DNA from: an uncultured Clostridiaceae bacterium
Lineage (GTDB): Bacteria; Bacillota; Clostridia; TANB77; CAG-465
Direction of reading: 5' to 3'
Assembly (NCBI GenBank): GCA_964653805.1
Contig: CAZZFS010000002.1
Span: forward strand, 81,768 to 145,767
DNA: 64,000 nt
In this document: positions 39,996-50,536 of the stretch, in pieces
Layout: the number at the start of each line of letters is the position of its first letter
How positions within the stretch are numbered: position 1 is the first letter of the stretch
Program-made: the position numbers and the translations under genes
The notes under the pieces: generated by a model
The model's input: only the letters and a program-made list of their open reading frames with translations
Database searches by the model: none
What the model was told of the DNA's origin: nothing

Positions 39996-40020
39996 ACATA
40001 AAAAGATACACTTTTTATGT
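39996..40020 (-). terminator. Terminator after the rubrerythrin gene
   Basis: ACATAAAAAG pairs with CTTTTTATGT (10 bp, 5-nt loop), flanked by an A run and a T run. Confidence 0.65.
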
Positions 40021-40075
40021 TTTTTATGTCTATTTAAACTATTTTATTTAGATTTTTATTAACTATTTATTATTT

Positions 40076-40615
40076 TTAATAATTTTCTGCTTCAATTTCA
40101 AAATAATTTTTAGCATGTTCACAAACAGGGCAAAGTTCCGGTGCAGCTATTGCCATATGAATATGTCCACAATTTCTACATTTCCAAACTTTAACGTCTC
40201 CTCTTTCAAAAACTATACCTTCTTCAATATTATTAAGTAATTTTACATATCTTTCTTCATGAGTTTTTTCAATTTTACCAACAGATTCAAAAAGATAAGC
40301 TATATGATCAAATCCTTCTTCTTTTGCAACTTCAGCAAACCCTTTATACATATCTGTCCATTCAAAATTCTCACCATTTCCAGCATCTTTTAAATTTTCT
40401 TCTGTTGATGGAACACATCCATCATGTAATAATTTAAACCAGATTTTTGCATGTTCTTTTTCATTTCTTGATGTTTCATCAAATATTTCAGATATTTGTT
40501 CATAACCATCTTTTTTTGCTTTTGATGAATAATATTCATATTTAACTCTAGCTTGTGATTCACCAGCAAAAGCTTTTAATAAATTTTCTTCTGTTTTACT
40601 ACCTTTTAATTCCAT
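40076..40615 (-). CDS. rbr: Rubrerythrin
   Basis: Ferritin-like diiron motifs (E..E..H repeated) and a C-terminal rubredoxin-like motif, CRNCGH...CPVCEH. Confidence 0.9.
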   Translation of the reverse strand: MELKGSKTEENLLKAFAGESQARVKYEYYSSKAKKDGYEQISEIFDETSRNEKEHAKIWFKLLHDGCVPSTEENLKDAGNGENFEWTDMYKGFAEVAKEEGFDHIAYLFESVGKIEKTHEERYVKLLNNIEEGIVFERGDVKVWKCRNCGHIHMAIAAPELCPVCEHAKNYFEIEAENY

Positions 40616-40698
40616 AATTATATACCTCCTTGTATGTTTATATTATACCATACAAAGATTTTTTTTCAATACTAAATATATAACAAAAAGAAAAAAAA

Positions 40699-40739
40699 AG
40701 ACTCATAATGAAAATATATTAATATTCATTATGAATCTT
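40699..40739 (-). terminator. Terminator after the 40795-41571 gene
   Basis: 14-bp stem (AGACTCATAATGAA with TTCATTATGAATCT, one G-U in minus-strand RNA), followed by a T9 run on the minus strand. Confidence 0.65.
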
Positions 40740-40794
40740 TTTTTAAACTAAACATTTAATTGATTAACAAAAACAAAATAATTACTTCAGTTAA

Positions 40795-41571
40795 CTACAT
40801 AGTAACCTCATATGCAACAGGGAAATGTTCTTTTTGAATTTTTTTCATTTCATTCTCCACAAACAAATTATATCTCTCTATTTCAATTTTATCCTTAAAC
40901 TCTTTTAAATCAAAATTCCCCATATTTAATTTGTTTTTGTCCTGATAACTCCAAAAATTTTCAAGGTTAGTAACATCTTGATTAAATTTATTAATCATAT
41001 TATTGCAAACTTTGTATACCAATTTAGCACCTGTATCAAAATTCCCCCTCGGCATTTTTTGAGCTGTAAAATTCAATTCCACTCGCTCCAATTTCAAAAA
41101 ATCAAGAACATCAATTGAAAATCTTGTTAAAAAGATTTTTTGAGCATTTTTAGCATTATATAAAATGCTATTTACAAGAGGCTTAAAATCTTTTTTATTA
41201 AAACAAGCAAACTTTACATTACCTGTTTTAAAAAGTTTCATTTTTTCAACACCATCGATGTAGATAGTCCGGCTTTTATTATTTTTTTTGAAATTACAAT
41301 CGCTAAAAATTTTAGAATTTGAAATTTGCAAATCAAATAAATCTAAGCCTTTCCAAGTAGCCCATTCAATATCTTCAGTATTTAAAAATACATTTTGAAT
41401 GGGACTTCTTGTTTTTTCAACTTTCCACCATTCAAGAAAACTTGATACTTTAAGCATTGCAAACATTACATAGCTTGGATTTTGAGCATGATTTTCACCA
41501 TCAAAAATTAAATTATCACCCTCTTGAGTTATTACAATGTTAGCAACTCTAAACTTCCGATACTCAATCAT
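40795..41571 (-). CDS. Hypothetical protein
   Basis: 258-aa ORF with its own terminator. No recognisable motif. Confidence 0.5.
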   Translation of the reverse strand: MIEYRKFRVANIVITQEGDNLIFDGENHAQNPSYVMFAMLKVSSFLEWWKVEKTRSPIQNVFLNTEDIEWATWKGLDLFDLQISNSKIFSDCNFKKNNKSRTIYIDGVEKMKLFKTGNVKFACFNKKDFKPLVNSILYNAKNAQKIFLTRFSIDVLDFLKLERVELNFTAQKMPRGNFDTGAKLVYKVCNNMINKFNQDVTNLENFWSYQDKNKLNMGNFDLKEFKDKIEIERYNLFVENEMKKIQKEHFPVAYEVTM

Positions 41572-41722
41572 TTTTTCTCCTTCTATTCAACACTTTCGGC
41601 AGTTGACTCCAATAATTTTTTAATGAAAAACAAAACAGTAGCTAATTATAGCTAAAAACAGTATTTTTTTGTTTTTTTATTATACCATTTACTTTGATTT
41701 ATGTCAAATGTTTAATATTATA

Positions 41723-42847
41723 TTATTTTTTAATCCCTAAAAAAATTTTATAATTCTCATAATAATTTTTATCTGCATCCAATCCAAAATGTTTAAATAT
41801 TTCACGTTTATACTTTATATTTTTAATATTTCTCAAATCTCTATTGTATTGAATATTTTTACCATCACCCAGCAAAACATTAATACTACTATGTATTCCA
41901 AATCCTATTCCAAAATCACAAAAATATTTTTTCAAAAAAATTTCTTCTTCACTATTATTTGATATTTCCGTTTTTAAATATATCAACCCATATTGCAAAT
42001 ATACATTTTTTCTTTTTGTACCGTCAAAAGCTCTACCATAAAATATAGGGAAATCCATTTCAAAAGGTTCTAGTACTTCATTACCAATAATTTCAAATTC
42101 TCCATAATAAAATATATTATCCATAACTTGTTCTGACAAAATAGCTTCACATTTTTTTAATTCATAAAAATTCAAATCTATTTCATCACTAATTTTTTTG
42201 TAAATTTTAACAATTAAAGCTTTCCCCATTAAATCCATTAATCCAAGATGTTTTTCTTCAATTTCTCCTTTTTCGATTTCTTTTTTCATTTTATAAACAT
42301 CTAACATTATTCTACCATATCCATATTGACGTCTTCCAACTCTAAAAATAAAATAATCACCTTCTTTAAATTTACAATGCTTTCTCTTTGAATTTTTAAA
42401 TTCAAAGAGTTTTTTCAAATCTTCTTTTGTACTATATTTTATCCACCAATCAAGCCACTCTCTTAACCCATCTAAACCTTTAGTGAAACTTCTACTATCA
42501 TTATCAGAAGAATAAAAAGTTGTTTGCGTAGTAAAATTAGCAATTAAAACTCTTGTTTTATAATAAAAATATACACCTACCGCATTCATCGCTTCCAATG
42601 CAGTAAAATTTAATTTTTTATTTTTTCCTCTTGATGTTTTTGGCAATATAATAGTTCTATTTTCAATAGTAAATTCATTTAATTCAACTTCTAAATAACT
42701 ATCTTGTGTAATTTCTATTTTTTTTACTAATTTATCTTTATCAAAATATAAATATATAGTATCATTAAATTTTATACATTCCCAAGATTTCTCAACTAGT
42801 CTTAAACCTAAATATTTTCTTTCTTCATTTTTTAATTCAAATAACAT
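41723..42847 (-). CDS. Hypothetical protein (possible immunity-protein-like fold)
   Basis: 374-aa ORF. The central FKEGDYFIFRVGRRQYGYGRIM motif is reminiscent of Imm26-type immunity proteins (memory only). Confidence 0.5.
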   Translation of the reverse strand: MLFELKNEERKYLGLRLVEKSWECIKFNDTIYLYFDKDKLVKKIEITQDSYLEVELNEFTIENRTIILPKTSRGKNKKLNFTALEAMNAVGVYFYYKTRVLIANFTTQTTFYSSDNDSRSFTKGLDGLREWLDWWIKYSTKEDLKKLFEFKNSKRKHCKFKEGDYFIFRVGRRQYGYGRIMLDVYKMKKEIEKGEIEEKHLGLMDLMGKALIVKIYKKISDEIDLNFYELKKCEAILSEQVMDNIFYYGEFEIIGNEVLEPFEMDFPIFYGRAFDGTKRKNVYLQYGLIYLKTEISNNSEEEIFLKKYFCDFGIGFGIHSSINVLLGDGKNIQYNRDLRNIKNIKYKREIFKHFGLDADKNYYENYKIFLGIKK

Positions 42848-42954
42848 CTTCTCACCTCATAAAACATTTATTTTTATATTATATCATTTTATTTTTAAAA
42901 AAAATGTCGAATTTTGTCGAAAACACATTTTAATTTAATATTTTTTATATAATA

Positions 42955-42990
42955 AAATCTCATAACTTTTAAACTTAAGTTACGAGATTT
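42955..42990 (-). terminator. uppP terminator
   Basis: 14-bp stem, AAATCTCATAACTT with AAGTTACGAGATTT (one G-U in minus-strand RNA). Confidence 0.55.
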
Positions 42991-43033
42991 TAAATGATTT
43001 GTTTTCATTATTATTCAATTTATATTATTTTGT

Positions 43034-43852
43034 TTAACTAAATATAAAAAATTTAACTAAAATAACTATTGCAATTATAAATCTATAATATGCAAATATT
43101 GCAAAATCATGATTTTTAATATATTTAAGTAAGAATTTAATACTCAGTACTCCAACTATAGCTGAAACTATCATACCTATTAACAATTCTATACTAAAAC
43201 CTTCTATCATATCAGGCAATTTAAGTAATGCAGCTCCTGTTATTATTGGAACTGAAAGCAAAAATGTAAATTTAGCTGCAGCTTCACGAGTAACCCCCAT
43301 AAGTCTTGCAGTAAGCATTGTTGTTCCTGAACGTGAAAATCCTGGAATTACAGCTAAAGCTTGTGATAAACCAATTATTAAAGTTTGTTTTAATGTTAAA
43401 TCTTCATAATTAACTTCACTACCTTCATATTTTTTTTGTGCCCATTTATCACCTAAATATATAAATAATCCCATAACAGCAAGTGAAATAGCTATTATAT
43501 ATATATAACTTGGATTTCTAAATATAGACTCTACTTGACTCTCAAAAATTTTACCTATTAATGCTCCTGGAATTGTTGCAATAACTAAATACCAAAACAT
43601 TTTATTTTCAAATGAATCTTTTTTATGTATTATTTTTTCAGTTGCACCTTTTGCTAAATTAAACCAATCTTTCCAAAAAACTGCAAGTACTGCTACTAAT
43701 GTACCAAAATGTAATGCTACATCAAAAGCTAATGAATGTTCTTGCCAATTTAATAAATATGGCACTACTATTAAATGTCCAGAACTAGAAATAGGTAAAA
43801 ACTCACCTATTCCTTGTAATATTCCTAAAACTATTGCATGTATTATATCCAT
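43034..43852 (-). CDS. uppP: Undecaprenyl-diphosphate phosphatase
   Basis: GILQGIGEFLPISSSGH... and ...PGFSRSGTT motifs. Polytopic membrane protein of 272 aa. Confidence 0.93.
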   Translation of the reverse strand: MDIIHAIVLGILQGIGEFLPISSSGHLIVVPYLLNWQEHSLAFDVALHFGTLVAVLAVFWKDWFNLAKGATEKIIHKKDSFENKMFWYLVIATIPGALIGKIFESQVESIFRNPSYIYIIAISLAVMGLFIYLGDKWAQKKYEGSEVNYEDLTLKQTLIIGLSQALAVIPGFSRSGTTMLTARLMGVTREAAAKFTFLLSVPIITGAALLKLPDMIEGFSIELLIGMIVSAIVGVLSIKFLLKYIKNHDFAIFAYYRFIIAIVILVKFFIFS

Positions 43853-43867
43853 AAAATATTTCTCCTT

Positions 43868-44905
43868 TTATTCATCTAATAAAATTTTTGTATTTAAAAC
43901 ATAATTATCTTGTGTTTTTAAATACATAGTATCACCTTTTATAGCTTCAAAATTAACAAAATTTGATACTCTTCCAATTTTTTCATTAGAATCTTTTGCA
44001 ACGTTAACTACATAAGTTGGATAAACTAAATACACACCTTCGTTATTTGAATATGTTTTTACAACTTCAGTATCTTTTAACGTTATAGTTTCTTTAATTT
44101 TATTATTTGAAACAATATATACTTTATCTTTTGATTCTTCAGACATAAAATATAAATTGTCATCATAATCTATACCTATCATATCAACTTTTTCTTTAAA
44201 TAAAGAAATTAAAGTATTTCCAACATAAATATTTGATTTACTATCTTCATAATAAACTTTATCAGTATGTTGTAACATTATCATTTTATCAATAAGAATA
44301 CCAGATTTTACTTGTGTCATACTATTAAATAAATCTACTTTATAAATTATATTATTTGTTGCTTTTGTTGTTTTAGTTTCTACATTGATATATATCATAT
44401 TTATTATTGGAGACATATTCATATCTTTTATACAAGAAAAATTATTTACTGTAAATGTATTATATGACATTTTCTTTTTAGTATTAATTTCATAAGTTTT
44501 AAGTTGTAATTTTGAAGAATTATCACCTTCAACTTGTGTAAAATATAATATTAGATTTTTATCATATAATAAATTATAATAACATATAGGATTATCTTCT
44601 TCAATTATATCAACATTTTTAGCATCTTCTACAGTATTTATATATATTTTTTTATCTTTTAAATAAGTATAATATTTATTATTAAAAGAATATTGAAGTA
44701 AGGTAGATCCTTCTTCTATTTTTAATTTAGCCACTGTTTTTTCATTAGTTTTTGAATCATTAGTTACAGTAGTTCCGTCAACAGCACTACTTTGTCCAAG
44801 ATTGTATATAAAATTATCTACTAGTGTTAAACCAATAACATCAATAATAGTACCTACCGAAGCAAATATCAAAATATATATAAAAAACTTTTTTAATTTT
44901 TTCAT
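43868..44905 (-). CDS. Hypothetical membrane-anchored protein
   Basis: 345-aa ORF with an N-terminal TM helix. 15-nt gaps on both sides (glycosidase gene upstream, uppP downstream). Confidence 0.55.
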   Translation of the reverse strand: MKKLKKFFIYILIFASVGTIIDVIGLTLVDNFIYNLGQSSAVDGTTVTNDSKTNEKTVAKLKIEEGSTLLQYSFNNKYYTYLKDKKIYINTVEDAKNVDIIEEDNPICYYNLLYDKNLILYFTQVEGDNSSKLQLKTYEINTKKKMSYNTFTVNNFSCIKDMNMSPIINMIYINVETKTTKATNNIIYKVDLFNSMTQVKSGILIDKMIMLQHTDKVYYEDSKSNIYVGNTLISLFKEKVDMIGIDYDDNLYFMSEESKDKVYIVSNNKIKETITLKDTEVVKTYSNNEGVYLVYPTYVVNVAKDSNEKIGRVSNFVNFEAIKGDTMYLKTQDNYVLNTKILLDE

Positions 44906-44920
44906 ACTTTTCCTCTTTTC

Positions 44921-45892
44921 CTATTCAGACTTTGTTGCATTTGGTTTTGTTATTATAAATGCATTTGGAACATATCTTTCACCCATTATATCACTTGGAG
45001 TATTTACAACTTTCTCATCATATACCATAGTGCTTGATGCTCCACCATCTAAATTAAATGCGTTATATGCACCATGTTGTAATAATATATCTTGAACATT
45101 TTTTAAGGTTGCTCCTATACTTCCTGCTTGTCTACCATCTATTACTAGCATTAAAATAGCTCCATCTTTTTTTTGTCCAATTGCTGTTCTTGGTTGAATT
45201 CCCCAACCACCATCACCACTTTTTATAGTAGTCTGACCATTAATTATTATAACAGGTCCAAAAGAAACAGCACTTTTCAAACCTAAAGATTTCATTTTTG
45301 TATACGTCATAGAATTTGAAACAACCATTCTATTTTCAGAATCAATTCCTACTGTTTTATATGAAGTTTGTTGTCCTCCATTTTTTAATTCACCATTTGC
45401 TATAACAATACCATCTGCTTTACCACCAGTACCTAATGCATCATCTGCAAAACCACCAGCATTAATTCCACCTACGGCATCATTTTCTTCAACTATTTGA
45501 GATGTTGTAGCACCTACCTTTCCCATTCTAGGAGAAGTAGCAAGTTTTACCCTTGAAGGATCATCAATAACTAATAAATAACCCTTAAAAGTTTTTGTAC
45601 TAACATCAATTAATTCTATACCATCAGTTACATTTTCATCTACTTTTATATCCGTAACTGCTTGATCTTCTATATTTTCATTAGGTCTATTTTTTTCAAG
45701 TATTTTATTTATTTCATCTTGACTTAAAAACCATGTAGCAAAATATTGATGTGACATTGTTGTCATCGCTGTTGTTACAAGCATTTCCTTAGTATTTGTA
45801 AATGGTCCATAATACACCAATGCTACTGATAATATTGGTATATAAATCAACTCAAATATAACAAATAAAATTATTATCTTTAATTTTTTCAT
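44921..45892 (-). CDS. Phosphodiester glycosidase (DUF2233) family protein
   Basis: N-terminal TM helix. INAGGF, PRTAIGQKKDG and AFNLDGGASSTMV motifs. Confidence 0.75.
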   Translation of the reverse strand: MKKLKIIILFVIFELIYIPILSVALVYYGPFTNTKEMLVTTAMTTMSHQYFATWFLSQDEINKILEKNRPNENIEDQAVTDIKVDENVTDGIELIDVSTKTFKGYLLVIDDPSRVKLATSPRMGKVGATTSQIVEENDAVGGINAGGFADDALGTGGKADGIVIANGELKNGGQQTSYKTVGIDSENRMVVSNSMTYTKMKSLGLKSAVSFGPVIIINGQTTIKSGDGGWGIQPRTAIGQKKDGAILMLVIDGRQAGSIGATLKNVQDILLQHGAYNAFNLDGGASSTMVYDEKVVNTPSDIMGERYVPNAFIITKPNATKSE

Positions 45893-46015
45893 TAATAAAA
45901 ACCTCTTTCTTAATATATAGTATACAAAACATTATATATTACTAAATCTATAATATTTTATCAAATTATAATGAAATTTGCAACCTTTTAAATATATATA
46001 TTTTATTATTAAATA

Positions 46016-46051
46016 AAAAAGTATGTGGTTTATAAAAATCACACACTTTTT
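46016..46051 (-). terminator. Terminator after the PBP1A gene
   Basis: AAAAAGTATGTG pairs with CACACACTTTTT (one G-U in minus-strand RNA). T-rich sequence follows. Confidence 0.55.
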
Positions 46052-46098
46052 ATTTTTCAAATTTTTAATATATTATATTTATAATTATCTAATATTTT

Positions 46099-48507
46099 TT
46101 AATATATTTTAACAACTGATGTACTTGATTTATTTGTTGAAGAACCAGAACCAGATGTATGAACATCACAAGTACCACTTGGCAACATATATCCCCAATC
46201 TCTTGATTTTACAGCTGGATTACCATCTCTTGTAATAAATGATTTACTTGTAGTTGATGGACAAAATTCTGTTGCTACTTTACCACTAACATTACAAATA
46301 TTAACCATTTTATGAACTGTACAAGTATCAGTAGGAATAGAATCTTTTGCAACTAAATCTGTACCTGTTTGATCACCTCTTGGATCTGCTCTACAAGCAT
46401 CTGTTGCTACAAGGCCAGATGTTTTACATAGTGCAGCTGTTGTTACAGAATCAGGTTTATCAAATTGTTTTGCTTCCTTACCTGTTGTTATACTATTCAT
46501 AACTGTATTAAATAATCTCATACAAAAGTATGGATAAGCTCTATTTATTGTTTTATTTTGATCATAACCATTCCAACATGCAATTGTATAATATGGAGTG
46601 TATCCACAGAACCATTGATCATAATCGTCATTTGTATTACCAGTTTTACCAGCTGTTGCAATATTACCATTTGCTGTTTTAACTGTTCCCGCTGCTGTTC
46701 CTGTTTTAATAACTTCTTCTAAACAATTTGTAAGCATATATGCTGTTGAATCTTTCATTACTTTTTTTGCTGTTGAATCTTTTATTAAAACTTCTTTATC
46801 ATTTCTATCTAAAACTTTTGTATATAATTTAGGTTTTATATATACACCACCATTTGCAATAGTTGCATAAGCATTCGCCATTTGAAGAGGTGTGAAACCT
46901 TTTGTAACACCACCAAGTGCAAGTGAAGCAGCATTTTTATCAGCTTCTACTAAACTAGTTAACCCTGTATTTTTAGCAAAATTATATGCAAAATCTGGAT
47001 CAACTTTTTGATAAGCTTTAATAGCTGGTATATTCATTGATTTAGCAATTGCTTGTCTAGCAGTTACATAACCATTAAAATATCCATAATAATTTCCTGG
47101 AGTCCAGTTTCCTTGTGTAAATTGTGTATCATCCAATCCACCACCTGGAGAAGTTGCACCTTGCTCAAATGCCGGTCCATAAGCACCTAATGGTTTCATA
47201 CAAGAACCTGGTTGTCTATATGATTGTGTTGCTCTATTTAATGTTAAATCACCAGTTTTTTCACCAGCTCCACCTATTAAACCAGCAACATTTCCTGTTG
47301 ATTGTTCAATTACAACCATTGCAGATTGCATGAATTCACCTTGTTTGTCAGTATAAAATAATTTAGGATTATTATATGCTTCATTAATAGCATTTTGTAC
47401 AGAAGCATCTTGAGGAGTATATATTTTATATCCATCGCTATATAACATTTTTATAGCAACACCACGGGATACATTTTTTTCTTCTTGTAAATCTGCTATT
47501 ACTTGTTCTACAACTGCATCAACATAATATGATTGAACACTTGAATTTAAGTTAACTACTTCTTTTTTGAATACAATTTCGTATTTTATAGCTTCATCAT
47601 ACTGTTCTTGAGTTATTTTACCAAGCTTTAACATTTGACTTAAAACTAATTTCTGTCTTTCAAGAAGTTTTGTTTTTGATTCTTCATCTTTATATGGATT
47701 AGTAGATTCAGGTGATTGTATTATAGCACCTAAAACTGCTGCCTCGGCAATATTTACTTCTTTTACTGATTTACCAAAGTAATTTTCAGAAGCTACTTCT
47801 ACACCATAAGCTCCATCACCCATATATATAGTATTTACATATGATTCAAGAATTTGTTCTTTTGATATTTTTTTCTCTAGAGAAATTGCTCTATACCATT
47901 CTCTTACTTTTCTTGTCCATGAACTTTCATTATCTGATGTTACATTTTTTATTAACTGTTGAGTTATTGTACTACCACCAAAATTTGATTCTCCACCATT
48001 TAAAGCATATGTTACAACAGCACCAACTGTTCTTTTTACATCAATACCATGATGTTGGAAAAATCTTTCATCTTCTATAGATGTTATAGCATCCACAACC
48101 GATACTGGTATGTTTTTATATTCAGTTGTAACTCTATTTTCAGAATCAAATAAAGTCCCTATTTGATTACCATCTTTATCATAAACAAAAGATGTTAATT
48201 TATATAATTGTAAATCCTCTAATTCAACACTTTCTGTTTTATCTATAACACCTGTTACTATACCTACAATAATCCCTGTACCAATTATAAGTAAAGCTAA
48301 AAACACGAATAAACATATTCTAAATATTTTCCATCCTGCTTTTTTATTTTTATTTTTCTTGCCATTTTTATCATTTTTATCTTTAGAAGAATTAAAATTT
48401 GTTACATCATTTCCTATTATTTCAGTATCAACTTTTTTAGATTGTTTAAATCCAAATTTTTTACTTTTAGGTTTTCCTGATGTACTTAATTTATTTTTTT
48501 TGTCCAT
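46099..48507 (-). CDS. Bifunctional class A penicillin-binding protein (PBP1A family)
   Basis: Glycosyltransferase motifs (EDERFFQHHGID, GGSTITQQL). Transpeptidase motifs SCMK (SxxK) and KTG. Lys-rich N-terminus with one TM helix. Confidence 0.92.
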   Translation of the reverse strand: MDKKNKLSTSGKPKSKKFGFKQSKKVDTEIIGNDVTNFNSSKDKNDKNGKKNKNKKAGWKIFRICLFVFLALLIIGTGIIVGIVTGVIDKTESVELEDLQLYKLTSFVYDKDGNQIGTLFDSENRVTTEYKNIPVSVVDAITSIEDERFFQHHGIDVKRTVGAVVTYALNGGESNFGGSTITQQLIKNVTSDNESSWTRKVREWYRAISLEKKISKEQILESYVNTIYMGDGAYGVEVASENYFGKSVKEVNIAEAAVLGAIIQSPESTNPYKDEESKTKLLERQKLVLSQMLKLGKITQEQYDEAIKYEIVFKKEVVNLNSSVQSYYVDAVVEQVIADLQEEKNVSRGVAIKMLYSDGYKIYTPQDASVQNAINEAYNNPKLFYTDKQGEFMQSAMVVIEQSTGNVAGLIGGAGEKTGDLTLNRATQSYRQPGSCMKPLGAYGPAFEQGATSPGGGLDDTQFTQGNWTPGNYYGYFNGYVTARQAIAKSMNIPAIKAYQKVDPDFAYNFAKNTGLTSLVEADKNAASLALGGVTKGFTPLQMANAYATIANGGVYIKPKLYTKVLDRNDKEVLIKDSTAKKVMKDSTAYMLTNCLEEVIKTGTAAGTVKTANGNIATAGKTGNTNDDYDQWFCGYTPYYTIACWNGYDQNKTINRAYPYFCMRLFNTVMNSITTGKEAKQFDKPDSVTTAALCKTSGLVATDACRADPRGDQTGTDLVAKDSIPTDTCTVHKMVNICNVSGKVATEFCPSTTSKSFITRDGNPAVKSRDWGYMLPSGTCDVHTSGSGSSTNKSSTSVVKIY

Positions 48508-48800
48508 TTTTTCACCTCTAATATATGTTTAAATAGTTATTGTAAATATATGTGTTTTAAATAATATATATTTATATTCAAACTAATTAACTCTTATATA
48601 TTATACACTATTTACAAAAAAAAGCAAATACTTTTTGTTAAAGTATTTCTAAATATAAACTAAATATGTATTTTTTAACATTAAATTAATAATAAAATTT
48701 TATAATATTTATATAAAAAAACTATTATATTATAAAAATGAAGTGGATAAGAATAAAAAAGTTTAAATCAAACTTTATTTACCTAACCCACTTTATTACT

Positions 48801-50414
48801 TTATCTATTACTTACTCTTTTTAAACTTTCTTTTACTTCATTTAATTTCTTTTGTATTTCATCTAGTTCTTCTGTTTTTATATTATTTTTAAGATCAGTT
48901 TTTATTTTATTTGTTACATCATCAACATCTTGTTTTAAGAAAGAAAGTAATTCTAATATATCAAATCTTGTAGAAGTATATGTTGAAACAGCACTTTTTA
49001 ATAATTCACCTTTTATGCTATATGTATCTTCATAATCAGGTATTGATACTGAAATCCCAAATTTATTAATTATTTCACTTTTTAAAGATTGTTGACTTAA
49101 ATATTCACCATGAACTAAAAATATATTATCTGGTTTTTTATCCATTTTTTCAATCCAATCTAAAAGACCATTTTTATCAGCATGTCCAGAAAAAGCATCT
49201 AAATATCTAATTTCTGCATTAACAGCAATTTCTTCACCAAATATCTTAACTAATTTTTCACCACTCATTATTTTTTTACCAAGAGTTCCTTCTGCTTGAT
49301 AACCAACGAATAAAACAGTTGATTCTGGTCTATATAAATTATGTTTTAAATGATGTTTAATTCTTCCAACTTCACACATACCACTTGCCGAAATTATAAC
49401 TTTTGGAGTAGGATCTTCATTTAAAGCTTTTGATTCATCTGCAGTTGTTACAAAATGTAAATTTTCAAATTCTAAAGGATTATCGCCTTTTAATAAATAT
49501 CTTAAAGCATCATCATCATAATATTCAGGATTATTTTCAAATATTTTTGTTGCATTAACTGCTAATGGACTATCAACATAAACAGGTATTTTTCTTAATT
49601 TTTCTTTCATACCTTTAGCTTCAGCATACATATTTATTTCATACAAAATCTCTTGTGTTCTTCCTACTGCAAAAGAAGGTATTATTAAATTACCACCTCT
49701 TTCAATAGTATCAAGCATTATTTGAATAAACTTACTTGATTGATCTTCCATTTTACCATGTAATCTATCACCATAAGTAGATTCCATTACAAGATAATCA
49801 GTTCCATGAATATATGATGGATCATTAATAATAGGCATATTAACATTACCTAAATCTCCTGTAAATACAACTTTTTTAGTTTCATCATTTTCTTTAATAT
49901 TTAATTCAACTATACTAGAACCTAACATGTGACCAGCGTCAATTAATTTAAAAGATATGTTTTCATCAATAATTACTTCTTGATTATAATCTAAAGATTT
50001 AAATAATTTCATTGAATCCATACCATCTTGTGCTGTATACATAGCTTCTGTTTCTTGTTTTCCTGCTCTTCTTCTTCTTTTATTTACCCATTCTATTTCT
50101 TTTTCTTGTATATGACCACTATCAGCAAGCATTATACTACACAAGTCTTTTGTAGCTTTAGTAGCATAAACAGTACCTGTATAACCATATTTATATAATT
50201 TAGGTATTCTACCACTATGATCAATATGTGCATGCGTTAAAATAACAAAATCAACTTTAGATATATCAAACGGAAAAACTTCATAGTTTAACATTTGATC
50301 AACTAACCTACCTTGAAACAAACCACAATCTACTAAAAATCTTTTATTACCAACTTCTACCATATGACAAGAACCTGTTACAGTTTTTGCTGCTCCATAA
50401 AATGTAATATTCAT
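48801..50414 (-). CDS. MBL-fold beta-CASP RNA-metabolising hydrolase
   Basis: HAHIDHSG metallo-beta-lactamase motif, a beta-CASP region, and the C-terminal ...SGHAD... motif. Confidence 0.8.
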   Translation of the reverse strand: MNITFYGAAKTVTGSCHMVEVGNKRFLVDCGLFQGRLVDQMLNYEVFPFDISKVDFVILTHAHIDHSGRIPKLYKYGYTGTVYATKATKDLCSIMLADSGHIQEKEIEWVNKRRRRAGKQETEAMYTAQDGMDSMKLFKSLDYNQEVIIDENISFKLIDAGHMLGSSIVELNIKENDETKKVVFTGDLGNVNMPIINDPSYIHGTDYLVMESTYGDRLHGKMEDQSSKFIQIMLDTIERGGNLIIPSFAVGRTQEILYEINMYAEAKGMKEKLRKIPVYVDSPLAVNATKIFENNPEYYDDDALRYLLKGDNPLEFENLHFVTTADESKALNEDPTPKVIISASGMCEVGRIKHHLKHNLYRPESTVLFVGYQAEGTLGKKIMSGEKLVKIFGEEIAVNAEIRYLDAFSGHADKNGLLDWIEKMDKKPDNIFLVHGEYLSQQSLKSEIINKFGISVSIPDYEDTYSIKGELLKSAVSTYTSTRFDILELLSFLKQDVDDVTNKIKTDLKNNIKTEELDEIQKKLNEVKESLKRVSNR

Positions 50415-50471
50415 ATATATTATTTCCCCCTTTAAATATAATGCGTTGCTAAAATTATTTATTAAAAATCA

Positions 50472-50496
50472 AGACTATATTTAAAAAATATAGTCT
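50472..50496 (-). terminator. Terminator after the 50537-51049 gene
   Basis: AGACTATATT pairs with AATATAGTCT (10 bp, 5-nt loop). T-rich sequence follows on the minus strand. Confidence 0.5.
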
Positions 50497-50536
50497 AAAT
50501 TAAAAAAATATTATCATTTTGTTTTTTGTAAAAAAT

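Noticed and set aside
41645-41690. Small TAGCTA-ATTA-TAGCTA hairpin with a T run after the 41723-42847 gene
   Set aside because: The stem is only 6 bp and the flanks do not extend the pairing. This is too weak to call a terminator with confidence, so it is not listed as a feature.
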